From Myxococcota bacterium (lineage in GTDB: Bacteria > Myxococcota_A > UBA9160 > UBA4427), in the NCBI GenBank assembly GCA_965250285.1, contig OZ252299.1, positions 6,048,001 to 6,112,000 of the forward strand: a DNA stretch of 64,000 nt, written 5' to 3'. Shown in pieces: positions 23,939-35,640 of this stretch. Numbering within the stretch: the first letter of the stretch is position 1; each line of letters begins with the position of its first letter. The notes beneath the pieces were generated by a model. That model worked only from the letters and a program-made list of their open reading frames with translations, searched no databases and was not told the DNA's origin. Made by a program: the position numbers and the translations under genes.

Positions 23939-25308
23939 ATGTCCGAAGCAGAATCGAACTCCTCCGTCGTCGCCGACGACGATGCCCGCCATCCCCTCGC
24001 CATGGAGACGCTGGTCGCGCTCTGCGCCAGCCGCGGCTTCGTGTTCCCGTCGAGCGAGATCTACGGCGGCATCGCCGGTTTCTGGGACTACGGCCCGCTC
24101 GGTGTCGAGCTCAAGAACAACCTGAAGGCGGCCTGGTGGCAGCGCATGGTGCGCGAGCGCGATGACGTCGTCGGGATCGACAGCGCGATCATCTGCCACC
24201 CGCGCACCTGGGAGGCGTCGGGGCACGTCGACAACTTCAGCGATCCGATGGTCGATTGCCGACAGTGCAAGCGACGCTTCCGCGCCGACCAGCTCGAGGG
24301 CGAACGATGCCCCGAGGCACCCAAGAAGCGAGCGCTGGTCGACTGCGACCTCACCGAGGCACGCGAATTCAATCTGATGCTGCACACAGAGATCGGGGCG
24401 TCGGTGGACGCATCGACGACGGCGTATCTGCGTCCCGAGACCTGTCAGCCGATCTTCAACGACTTCAAGCGCGTGCGTGAGTCGTCGCGTCAGAAGCTCC
24501 CCTTCGGCATCGCCCAGATCGGCAAGGCGTTCCGGAACGAGATCACGCCGCGCAACTTCACCTTCCGCTCGCGCGAGTTCGAGCAGGCCGAGATGGAGTT
24601 CTTCTGCCATCCGTCCGAGCACACCGAGTGGTTCGAGCACTGGCGCGAGCAGCGTCACAGGTTCCACCTCGATCTCGGTTTCGATCCCGCGCACGTCCGT
24701 CTGCGCCCGCATGCCGACGACGAGCTCGCCCACTACGCGAAGGCGGCCGAAGACGTCGAGTTCCTTTTCCCGTTCGGCTGGCAGGAGATCGAGGGCGTGC
24801 ATGACCGCGGGCAGTGGGACCTGTCGCGGCACAGCGAATTCAGCGGCAAGGACCAGGCGATCACCGATGAAGAGACGAAGGAGCGCTTCGTGCCCCACGT
24901 CATCGAGACATCGGTGGGGGTCGATCGAACGGCGCTTGCGCTGCTGGTGAACGCGTACCACGAAGAGGAGCTCGACGGGGGCGAGTCGCGCACCGTCATG
25001 CGCTTCCACCCGGCCATCGCCCCGGTCAAGGTGGCGGTCCTGCCCCTCTCGAAGAAGCTCGCCGAGTCGGCTCAGGCGTTGAAGAAGGATCTGCAGCGGC
25101 ACTTCAACACGGCCTACGACCACGCGGGCAACATCGGTCGTCGCTATCGGCGGCAGGACGAGATCGGCACGCCGTACTGCGTCACGGTCGACTTCGACAC
25201 GGCCGACGACGGCAAGGTCACCGTCCGGCATCGCGACTCGATGGATCAAGATCGTGTGCCGCTCGACGGGGTCGTTTCGTTCCTGCGTGATCGCCTGGAG
25301 ACGCCGCT

Positions 25309-25312
<4 letters not shown>
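23939..25312 (+). CDS. glyQS: Glycine--tRNA ligase, homodimeric (alpha2) type
   Basis: SSEIYGG, WDYGPLG, YLRPET, AQIGKAFRNEITP, REFEQ, VIETSVGVDR, IGRRYRRQDEIGTP. Confidence 0.95.
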
Positions 25313-28328
<3,016 letters not shown>

Positions 28329-28332
<4 letters not shown>

Positions 28333-28925
28333 ACCCGTTCGCTCTGCGAAGCATCGCGCCCGACGCAACGAAGCGCCGCCCCCGTGCGGTCGTGCGCCGC
28401 TCGGTCGCCGCCCTGCTGCTCGCGGTGCTCGCCGCGCCGACGGGCGGCTGTGTGCGGCCCTTTCGGGGGGAGTGGGGCGAGGGCGCCGAGGTGATCGGGC
28501 TCGATCGCCGCCAGGCCCAGGGCTTCTGGATGACGAGTGAGGCCGACGCGGTCGAAGAGGCGCGCTTCGAGACGCTGATCCCGCTCGCCAAGGTCTTCTA
28601 CGAGCGAACGACCAATCGACGCGTGAACAGCAAGGCGACCTTCGACGACCCCGCGCTGCGCGAGTACTTCCGCGACCCCGCGGCCTTCGCCGACTACTAC
28701 GCGAACCTCGTCGAGGCGCTCGACACGTCGTACTTCGAGTCGCACAAGCCCGTCTCGGTGAAGCTCGTTCGGGTCGAGCGCATCGCGCCGAAACGCGTGA
28801 TGCTCGAGGTCACGTTTCGGGGTCGCAATCGCAAGCCGCTTCGCCCCTGGTCGACGCACGTCACGCGCGAGGACGAGTGGGAGTTCGCGAATGGCCGCTG
28901 GTGGATCATTCCCGGCAAGGTGTGA
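28329..28925 (+). CDS. Hypothetical lipoprotein
   Basis: GTGA overlap with ppdK stop; Arg-rich n-region, hydrophobic h-region, TGGC lipobox-like site; typical codon usage. Confidence 0.65.
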
Positions 28926-28983
28926 TCGGGTCTTTCCCTGAACAGCCTCGAGGTCGACCCCTAGTCAGACCTGGACGGAATCC

Positions 28984-29085
28984 CGACATGTTGCATGTCG
29001 AGACAGCATTGCGCCCAAAAAGAGAACTCTTTTCCACACACCCTTCGGGGTTGGAACGGTCGTTCCATTTTGGGTGTTGTGTCGA
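28984..29085. promoter_or_regulatory. Cluster of palindromes (candidate enhancer sites or structured RNA) upstream of the sigma54 promoter
   Basis: CGACATG-ttg-CATGTCG (28984), AAAAGAG-aa-CTCTTTT (29018), ACCC-TTCG-GGGT (29040), TGGAACG-gt-CGTTCCA (29052). Confidence 0.55.
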
Positions 29086-29135
29086 AATCCTTTTTGATTC
29101 GCGGGTCTCGCGGAGTTCTTGCGGCGTCTGTCTGG

Positions 29136-29152
29136 CTGGCACACGAATTGCT
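29136..29152 (+). promoter_or_regulatory. sigma54 (-24/-12) promoter upstream of first ECF sigma factor
   Basis: CTGGCACACGAATTGCT: TGGCAC-N5-TTGCT with GG-N10-GC spacing. Confidence 0.8.
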
Positions 29153-29474
29153 CATAGAACCCCACGGAACGGAATGGAACGCTTGGCGTTTCGACTTTTG
29201 ATGAGCCCAACGCAGCGCGAGGAACGAGGAGGAAGAGCGGTTCGGACACGGCGGTTCGTCGTCGGCCCCAGGGAAGGCCGGCGCGAAACCAGGGACACCG
29301 CCGAGTTCAGTCGACCACGCCGTCGGAGGGGTGGAGCGGAGACGACGCCGATGGGGCCGAGTCGCCGTAGGTCGCACAACGAACCGTTTCGATCTCTCGA
29401 TCTTCCGGAGCTCAGCCGGCCGCGGCCGGCGCTTGAAGGCTCCTCGCGCTCGCGCGAACGAGGAAGGCGAGACT

Positions 29475-30056
29475 GTGCGATCACGAGAGAAGCTTTGGCC
29501 CTCCGATAGAGAACTGGTGGACGAGATCCTCGGCGGAAGCCGGGAGCATTTCGATCTGCTCTACGACGCGTACTTTTCGCGCGTCTACCGGTTCGCACTC
29601 AAGCGACTGCGAGATCCCGGCGAGGCCGAGGATGTGGCGCAGGAGGTCTTCATGACGCTCCTGTCGGCTCTTCCGTCCTACCAGGGCCAGTCGTCGCTGT
29701 TGGTGTGGATCTTCGGCATCACCCGCAACAAGGTGAATCGCCGCTTCCGCAAGCCGCGGCCCTATCTCGAGCCCCTCGAGTCGGGCAGCGCCCTCGACGT
29801 CGAATCCCACATCGCGCCGACCGACGAGCACGTCGACGCGCGCCGCATCCTCGACCGATGTGAAGACGTCATCGAGAACGACCTGACTGCACTTCAGCGC
29901 CGCATCTTCCAGATGAAGCACCTGCGCCAGCAGCCGATTCGCTCGATCGCCGAGGCCCTCGGCAAGAGCGAAGACGCGATCAAGGCGAACCTCTACCGGA
30001 TGCGCCGCGCCATTGCGGACGCGACGCCCGGTCTGGAGGCCGTGCTCCGCGGCTGA
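29475..30056 (+). CDS. ECF (sigma-70 group 4) RNA polymerase sigma factor
   Basis: SDRELV...AEDVAQEVF...WIFGITRN (region 2); SIAEALGKSEDAIKANLYRMR (region 4); GTG start with AGGAAGG SD. Confidence 0.92.
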   Translation: MRSREKLWPSDRELVDEILGGSREHFDLLYDAYFSRVYRFALKRLRDPGEAEDVAQEVFMTLLSALPSYQGQSSLLVWIFGITRNKVNRRFRKPRPYLEPLESGSALDVESHIAPTDEHVDARRILDRCEDVIENDLTALQRRIFQMKHLRQQPIRSIAEALGKSEDAIKANLYRMRRAIADATPGLEAVLRG

Positions 30057-30090
30057 TTCGAGACTGCACCCGAGAGCGATCGAGCGACCG

Positions 30091-30128
30091 AGCACCCGTG
30101 GCCAAAAGGCCACGGGTGCTTTCGTTTT
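30091..30128 (+). terminator. Intrinsic terminator after first ECF gene
   Basis: Perfect 13-bp stem AGCACCCGTGGCC-aaaa-GGCCACGGGTGCT followed by TTCGTTTT. Confidence 0.85.
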
Positions 30129-30275
30129 CGGGGGTTTTTCCCTGAATCTGCCCATTTGGGGCGGGAGTTCTGACACATGTGGCGAACTGCAACCACATTC
30201 TCTTTGACGAACGTTTGATCGGTTTGCGGCGAGAACGTCCGTCACCTGGGATGGGGACCACTGGGAGGGGTCCCG

Positions 30276-30992
30276 TTGAGCCGTGTGCTCGTGGAACTCG
30301 ATGATGGAGAAGCGTCGAGTGCGCCTGCGGGTGGCCTGAGCGCCCGTGAGGTCGAATTGGGCCGTGGGAGTGCGCCCAGGTGGGCAGTGGCAGCCCCGGG
30401 TGCCGAGGCGGCCGCGCTCGCCGACCTGAGCGACGACGCACTGATCGAAGCCGTGCGCTCGGGGAGCCGAGAGCACTTCGACGTCATCTATGCGCGCTAC
30501 TTCCCGCGCATCTACTCGTTCGTCTACACGCGCGTCCGATCCCACGCCGACTGCGAGGAGATCGTGCAGGAGACGTTCATTGCCGTTTTCGGCTCGATCG
30601 AGCGGTACAGAGGCACTTCGTCTCTTCTTGCGTGGATCTATGGCATTGCGCGCAACCTGTTGAACAATCACGTCCGCAGCGCGCGGCGGCGCCGCGACCG
30701 GATCGAGCTCGTCGACGACGAGCGACTCGGTCGAGCACCGTCGCCGATGGCGGATTGTCCGGAAGCCGAGCTCGAGCTCGACGAGTACTGCCGAGAGGTG
30801 TTCGCGGCGCTCGGCGAGGTCTCGCCCTGGCAGACGGAAATCTTCGTGATGCGGCACTTCGAGAATCTCTCGATTCCAGAGATCTCGAGGCGCACGCAGC
30901 GGTCTAGCGACTCGGTGCGGTCGAGTCTGTTTCGGGTGAAGCGCATCTTCCTGGAGCAAGCCGGCCTGACGCCTGGGGGGGCACGGTCGTGA
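30276..30992 (+). CDS. ECF sigma factor, paralog of the upstream gene
   Basis: SDDALI...CEEIVQETF...WIYGIARN; EISRRTQRSSDSVRSSLFRVKR; TTG start with GGAGGGG SD. Confidence 0.9.
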   Translation: MSRVLVELDDGEASSAPAGGLSAREVELGRGSAPRWAVAAPGAEAAALADLSDDALIEAVRSGSREHFDVIYARYFPRIYSFVYTRVRSHADCEEIVQETFIAVFGSIERYRGTSSLLAWIYGIARNLLNNHVRSARRRRDRIELVDDERLGRAPSPMADCPEAELELDEYCREVFAALGEVSPWQTEIFVMRHFENLSIPEISRRTQRSSDSVRSSLFRVKRIFLEQAGLTPGGARS

Positions 30993-31276
30993 GCAGATCG
31001 AGCAACATTCGCGGGGGGCAGGCTGCCTTCCGCACATCGATTCAACCCGAGAGACCCAAGGGTGCGTCCGGAGGCGGCGGCGCGCCGTCGTCTTCGTCGG
31101 CGGTGTCGGAGCTGCTCGGCTTCGATCCCGATGACATCGACCCCGAAGAGCTGCGCGACTTCATGGCGGCCGACTGGGTCGAGGTCAAGGCCGACCCGGG
31201 CTTTCGCGAGCGGCTGCGCGAACAGCTCTGGGACATGCTGCGCGCGCAGCAGCCGGGCGAATCCGAAGAAGACTGA
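30989..31276 (+). CDS. Small acidic cytoplasmic protein, candidate anti-sigma factor
   Basis: GTGA overlap with the ECF stop; C-terminal helical ELRDFMAAD...ADPGFRERLREQLW; no TM or Zn ligands. Confidence 0.55.
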   Translation: MSRSSNIRGGQAAFRTSIQPERPKGASGGGGAPSSSSAVSELLGFDPDDIDPEELRDFMAADWVEVKADPGFRERLREQLWDMLRAQQPGESEED

Positions 31277-31323
31277 AAAACCGACTGAGAAGGCCGACTG
31301 AGAAGGCCGACTCAGAAGTCGAC
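31271..31323. repeat. 12-13 bp tandem repeat x4
   Basis: GACTGAAAAACC|GACTGAGAAGGCC|GACTGAGAAGGCC|GACTCAGAAGTC|GAC. Confidence 0.75.
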
Positions 31324-31416
31324 GGCTCGCTCGACCGGTCGGGAGCGCGACGCGATCGCTCGCCCGCCGGTTCCGCATTGGAAGCAGGACGAGGGGCGAA
31401 TTAGCCTCTGGCCGCG

Positions 31417-31998
31417 ATGCGCAACCCGATCCGCTTGAAGAACCTGAGGCCGCGTTTCTGGCCAGCCTTCGTGGCCGGCGCAGCCGCCCTCGCGCTGTCG
31501 TCGCCTTCGTCGATCAGCCTCTGGCTCGGCGTCCCCTTCGTCGCGGTCGGGGTCGCCGTGCGCACCTGGGGCGCGGGGCACCTGGTCAAGAACGACGAGT
31601 TCGTCTGCTCGGGACCCTACGCTCACGTGCGTCATCCGTTCTATCTCGGAACGCTCTGCATCGGGGTCGGCTTCGCCATCATGCTCGGCGGGCTGAGCGC
31701 CGTGGTGTCGCTCGCGATCCTGCTGCCATGGTTCTTCGGCATCTATTTCCCGCGCAAGGAGCGCATCGAAGCGGGTCGCTTGAGCGGCCTGTACGGCGAG
31801 GCCTTCGAGCGGTATCGCGATGCAGTGCCGGCGCTGTGGCCGATGCGTGCGGCGTACCCAGCCGGTGCTCCAGGCCGACCCGCCGTGCGGGTCGGTTGGA
31901 GCTGGGCCCGCTACGACCGGAACAACGAGCTGGGTACGTTGTTGGCGTGCCTGGCCGGGCTCACGGTCGTCGCGCTCTGGGCGATGAATGGTGGCTGA
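31417..31998 (+). CDS. ICMT/PEMT-family membrane methyltransferase
   Basis: VRTWGAGHL, SGPYAHVRHPFYLG, YGEAFERYRDAVP; several TM helices. Confidence 0.85.
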   Translation: MRNPIRLKNLRPRFWPAFVAGAAALALSSPSSISLWLGVPFVAVGVAVRTWGAGHLVKNDEFVCSGPYAHVRHPFYLGTLCIGVGFAIMLGGLSAVVSLAILLPWFFGIYFPRKERIEAGRLSGLYGEAFERYRDAVPALWPMRAAYPAGAPGRPAVRVGWSWARYDRNNELGTLLACLAGLTVVALWAMNGG

Positions 31999-32575
31999 GG
32001 CCGTGCGACTCGATGAGGCCGCACCGGGCGGCACCGCGGACCTGCATCGCGGCGGCCTGACTCAGGCCGACCTGCGGCTGGTCGAAGCGCCCGAGGGTCG
32101 ACTCGTCTTGAAGGATTATTCGGATCGACCCGCGTGGCTGCGCCATACGTGGGGGCGCTGGATGTGTCGCCGCGAGCAGGCCGCGTACCGCGCCATCGCG
32201 GCTCGGATCGGTGCGCCGCCGTGGCTGCCCCGTTTCTTCGGCAGCCGAGGCCCCGATGCGTTCGCGGTCGCGTATCGCCCGGGCCGTCCGCTCTCGCGCT
32301 CGCTCGCCGACGAGGCGCCGCCCGGCTTCGTCGATGAGTTCGAGGCCGCCGTGCGCGCGCTGCACGAGGTCGGCATCGTGCACCTCGACCTTCGGCATCG
32401 AAGCAACGTCCTGCTCGACGACGCCGGCCAACTCGTGCTGCTCGACTTCGCATCGGCGCTCCGCGCGCCACCCGGGGGCTTGCGCCACCGTCTGCTGATC
32501 GTGCTGTTCGGGTGGATCGACCGTCGTGCGGTCCGAAAGTGGCGCCGCAAGCTGGCTCAGCCCTCGGGCGGCTGA
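31988..32575 (+). CDS. Small protein-kinase-like phosphotransferase (RIO/Kdo/APH-like fold)
   Basis: VLKDY, REQAAY, GIVHLDLRHRSNVLL, LLDFASA. Confidence 0.75.
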   Translation: MVAEAVRLDEAAPGGTADLHRGGLTQADLRLVEAPEGRLVLKDYSDRPAWLRHTWGRWMCRREQAAYRAIAARIGAPPWLPRFFGSRGPDAFAVAYRPGRPLSRSLADEAPPGFVDEFEAAVRALHEVGIVHLDLRHRSNVLLDDAGQLVLLDFASALRAPPGGLRHRLLIVLFGWIDRRAVRKWRRKLAQPSGG

Positions 32576-32639
32576 GTGGGCGAACCGATCGGGTCCGGCG
32601 CCCCGCCGCGGGCGGCGAACCGCCGCAGGGCCGTGCGGG

Positions 32640-33263
32640 CTAGCCGGCGTTCGGCTCGGCGTCGACGCCGCTCGCATCGGGGTCGGGCGTCTCGAGGGTC
32701 GGCGGATCGACCGGCGCGAGGCGACCGATGTAGTGGCGGTAGCACTCGAGCGTCAGCCGCGCGTCTTCGAGCGCCCGATGCGCGACGCCCCCTTCCTTCA
32801 ACAGTCCCGCCGTCGTCGCCGCCTGGCGCAGCGAGAGGCCGCCCAGCTTCTGACCCGCCACCAGTGTCCACGCCTGGTACAGCGTCGCGAGGTCGAGGAC
32901 GTGGTAGTCGAAGGGGTAGGGGATCTCGCAGTTCTTGTAGGCGCGCTCGAGGAACATCACGTCCATGCGCACGTTCTGGCCCGCCGGCACGATGATGCGA
33001 TCCTTCGGCAGCATCTCGGCGACCTCGGTCAGGACCTGGCGTACGCCCGGCGCGACGGCCCAGAGCTCGGGGTCATAGCCGAACATCTTGGCCGACTCGG
33101 GCGTGATGCGTTCGGGGCGGGCCGCCACGCGCCACTGCTTCTCGCCGAGCTCGACGAGTCGATCATCGGTGACGATGACGCCGACCTCGGTGATGTCGTG
33201 GAGCTCGGGATCGAGCCCCCCGAACTCGCAGTCGAGGAAGGCGAAGGCGTACGAGCGCGCCAT
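32640..33263 (-). CDS. DEDDh 3'-5' exonuclease (DnaQ/oligoribonuclease-like)
   Basis: FLDCEFGGLD (ExoI), GQNVRMD (ExoII), AHRALED (ExoIII); start ATG 33263. Confidence 0.88.
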   Translation of the reverse strand: MARSYAFAFLDCEFGGLDPELHDITEVGVIVTDDRLVELGEKQWRVAARPERITPESAKMFGYDPELWAVAPGVRQVLTEVAEMLPKDRIIVPAGQNVRMDVMFLERAYKNCEIPYPFDYHVLDLATLYQAWTLVAGQKLGGLSLRQAATTAGLLKEGGVAHRALEDARLTLECYRHYIGRLAPVDPPTLETPDPDASGVDAEPNAG

Positions 33264-33449
33264 GGATTCGATGCGGCCTTTCCAGCTCGGCCGGCTCGCC
33301 GGCGCGGGTGCCCCGAGCAGCGCGTCGGGTGCCTCGCGCGGCACACCGGGCTGGCGTGTCGACGCCGGGCCGTGAAGGCGGGGCGCTCGACCGGCGGCGC
33401 CGTGGCGTCGGTCCAACGGGCCACAGCGCGCATCCGGAATGGAAGAGGG

Positions 33450-33525
33450 TGGTGCTCCCTACGGGACTCGAACCCGTGTTTCAGCCTTGAGAGGGCCGCG
33501 TCCTAGGCCTCTAGACGAAGGGAGC
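33450..33525 (-). tRNA. tRNA-Glu (anticodon CTC)
   Basis: GCTCCCTTCGTCTAGAGGCCTAGGACGCGGCCCT-CTC-AAGGCTGAAACACGGGTTCGAGTCCCGTAGGGAGCACCA; 76 nt, encoded CCA. Confidence 0.97.
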
Positions 33526-33554
33526 ACGTGCTCGCGGGCTCGCAAGCGGGGCGC

Positions 33555-33583
33555 ACACTAGCCATTGGCTCGGAGCGGTGCAA
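33555..33583 (-). promoter_or_regulatory. sigma70 promoter of tRNA-Glu
   Basis: Minus strand TTGCAC, 17 nt, TAGTGT, followed by a GC-rich discriminator. Confidence 0.7.
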
Positions 33584-33800
33584 GGCGAGTGCGGCAGGCC
33601 CGCGCCGGCGCTGCGGGCCGCGCGCGTTCCGCTGAGGCTGAAACGGGCGCCCCGAGCTGCGCGGATGGAGAGCCGCATCACGTTCTCGAGTGACGATTTG
33701 CGGCCCCGAATGGGAGGGGTCGCGGGTCCGGCGGGGACGAGCCGCGCATCGACTGCCTCCGCGCGGATGCGCAGCCACGCCGGTAGGGCGCCAGAAGTTC

Positions 33801-33829
33801 TCAAGGATCGAGCCCCCCTCGGCCGATGT
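33801..33829 (+). promoter_or_regulatory. sigma28/FliA-like promoter upstream of pilin
   Basis: TCAAG (33801), 17 nt, CCGAT within GCCGATGT; spacer longer than in the best copies. Confidence 0.45.
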
Positions 33830-33848
33830 AGGGGAGACGGGTGTGCCT

Positions 33849-33865
33849 TTGGCATGGCCGTTGCT
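33849..33865 (+). promoter_or_regulatory. sigma54 promoter of pilA
   Basis: TTGGCATGGCCGTTGCT: GG-N10-GC; pilA is sigma54-dependent in Myxococcus and Pseudomonas. Confidence 0.8.
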
Positions 33866-34039
33866 CTCTTCGCAGGTCGAGAGCCGAACGTCGTCCGCTG
33901 TGTGCGGTGCGGCGTGCGCCACGTCACGGGCGGGTGAATGGTTCGCCCCGCCTCGATCGATGACGCGATCGCACCGCCGATCGATCGAGGTCGCCATGCG
34001 GCCGAGACGTAGCAGAGGCACAGGGAAGGAGATGGCCGG

Positions 34040-34582
34040 ATGACGAGTCGATCCCGCCACCAGAAGGGCATGACGCTGCTCGAGCTGATGATCGCGGTGG
34101 CGATCGTGGGCATTCTCGCCAGCGTCGCGATCCCCTCGTACTTGCACTACCAGCTCACGGCGCGGACGGCCGAAGCGAAGGCGAATCTCGGCGGTCTCGC
34201 ACGATCGCAGCTGGCCTACTACTCCGAGTACGGCAGCTACGTCAGCGTGGCCTCGGAGCCGCTCGGCACCCTCGGCATCCCGCCGAACTCTCAGAAACGC
34301 GACTCGACGCCGATCGGTACGGCGTTCGGCGTCGTTGGATGGGTTCCCGAGGGCGACGTCTACTACGACTACGACACGGTGACCGACATCGACGGCGTAT
34401 GCACCTGTACCGGTCCGTGCTTCACGGCCTCGGCGTTCGGTGACCTCGACGCGAACGGCGCGCCGGCGAAGTTCTCCTTCGCGCAGCCCGACTCCGGCGG
34501 CTTCATGTGTCCGGGGATCGTCGGCCTGGCGCCCGCACGTCCCAACGAACCCCTCCAGGATCTCTTCATGAGCCGCTACTAG
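34040..34582 (+). CDS. pilA: Type IV pilin (probable major pilin)
   Basis: Class III signal QKG|MTLLELMIAVAIVGILASVAIP, ARTAEAKANL, FTASAFGDLD; heads the pilGHID-like operon. Confidence 0.85.
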   Translation: MTSRSRHQKGMTLLELMIAVAIVGILASVAIPSYLHYQLTARTAEAKANLGGLARSQLAYYSEYGSYVSVASEPLGTLGIPPNSQKRDSTPIGTAFGVVGWVPEGDVYYDYDTVTDIDGVCTCTGPCFTASAFGDLDANGAPAKFSFAQPDSGGFMCPGIVGLAPARPNEPLQDLFMSRY

Positions 34583-34635
34583 CCCGCGGCTCTGCGGGTG
34601 TTGGTCTGCTGCTGATCGAAAGGATTCGCCGCGCC

Positions 34636-35640
34636 ATGCGCGACAAGCTGCTCATCGGTTTTGCCCTCGTCGGTGCGATCGTCTTCACCGGTGTCGTGCA
34701 CACTCGGGTCGACCCGAGCACTGCGGTCGACCGGGGCGAGCTGTATGTCCCCAAGCCGGCGACGGCGCAGGTGGCCGCGCTCGGCTTCGACGCCGTCCTC
34801 GCCGACTACTACTGGCTCCAGGCGGTGCAGGCTGCCGGCGGCGATGTCGTCGTCGATCGGCGCGTCGGTCGGCAGCTCGGCAAGCTGATCGACGTCGTGA
34901 CGACGCTCGATCCCTGGGTCGAGCACCCGTATCGCTTCGCTGCGATCTGGATGACCGAGGGCGAAGCGAACGTGCGCAAGGCGATCGAGCTGCTCCACCG
35001 GGGCATCGAGCATCACCCGGACGAATGGCGCAACTACTTCTATCTCGGCTTCGATCACTTCTACTACCTCGGTGAGATGGAGGAGGCCGCCGACGCCCTC
35101 GATCACGCATCGAGCCTGCCCGGCTCGCCCGTGTACCTGCCCCGGCTGGCGGCGCGGCTCCGTTCGACGGGCGCCGACATCGAGGTCTCCGAGGTGCTGC
35201 TGCGTCAGCTGGTCGAGTCGACGGACGACGAAGCGAAGATCGCCGCGTACCAGGCGGCGATCGACGAGATCGAGGTCGAGCACAAGGCCCGCTTTCTCGA
35301 TCGGGCTCGCGAGGCGTATCAGTCGCTCGCCGGGCGCGACATCGAGCGCGTCGAGGATCTCACGACCGGGCCTGACCGCGTGATCGAGATGTTGCCGCGG
35401 CCGGTGCCCGATGCCTTGCCGGTGTCGGCCGGGAATCGCGCGGCATGGGAGATCGCCGACGACGGTCGCATCGTCTCGTCGTTCTACGGCAAGCGATACG
35501 AGGTGCACTACGCGCACACCCGCGAGCTGCAGCTCGACCCGGACGATCCCGCCGAGGTCGGGGAAACGGCAGAAGCAGAAACGGACAGTGGCAAGCGAGC
35601 CGATGCATCGGCGTCATCGGAGGGGGACGAGGATGTCTGA
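34636..35640 (+). CDS. PilG-like (myxobacterial nomenclature) TPR membrane-anchored protein
   Basis: N-terminal TM, LADYYWLQAVQ, VTTLDP, LLHRGIEHHPDEW...YLGFDHFYYL; lies between pilA and the ABC ATPase. Confidence 0.7.
   Translation: MRDKLLIGFALVGAIVFTGVVHTRVDPSTAVDRGELYVPKPATAQVAALGFDAVLADYYWLQAVQAAGGDVVVDRRVGRQLGKLIDVVTTLDPWVEHPYRFAAIWMTEGEANVRKAIELLHRGIEHHPDEWRNYFYLGFDHFYYLGEMEEAADALDHASSLPGSPVYLPRLAARLRSTGADIEVSEVLLRQLVESTDDEAKIAAYQAAIDEIEVEHKARFLDRAREAYQSLAGRDIERVEDLTTGPDRVIEMLPRPVPDALPVSAGNRAAWEIADDGRIVSSFYGKRYEVHYAHTRELQLDPDDPAEVGETAEAETDSGKRADASASSEGDEDV

Noticed and set aside
28877..29509. ORFs across the ECF upstream region (28877..29509 and reverse-strand ORFs)
   Set aside because: Atypical codon usage, Arg-rich, and they overlap the sigma54 promoter and the ECF start
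28926..33449. Integrative island at the tRNA-Glu 3' end
   Set aside because: No integrase, no duplicated tRNA end, and coding sequences look host-like
33939..33950. TGGTTCGCCCCG as an att remnant of the tRNA-Gln 3' end
   Set aside because: Short gapped match, and it lies between pilA and its promoter; consistent with chance
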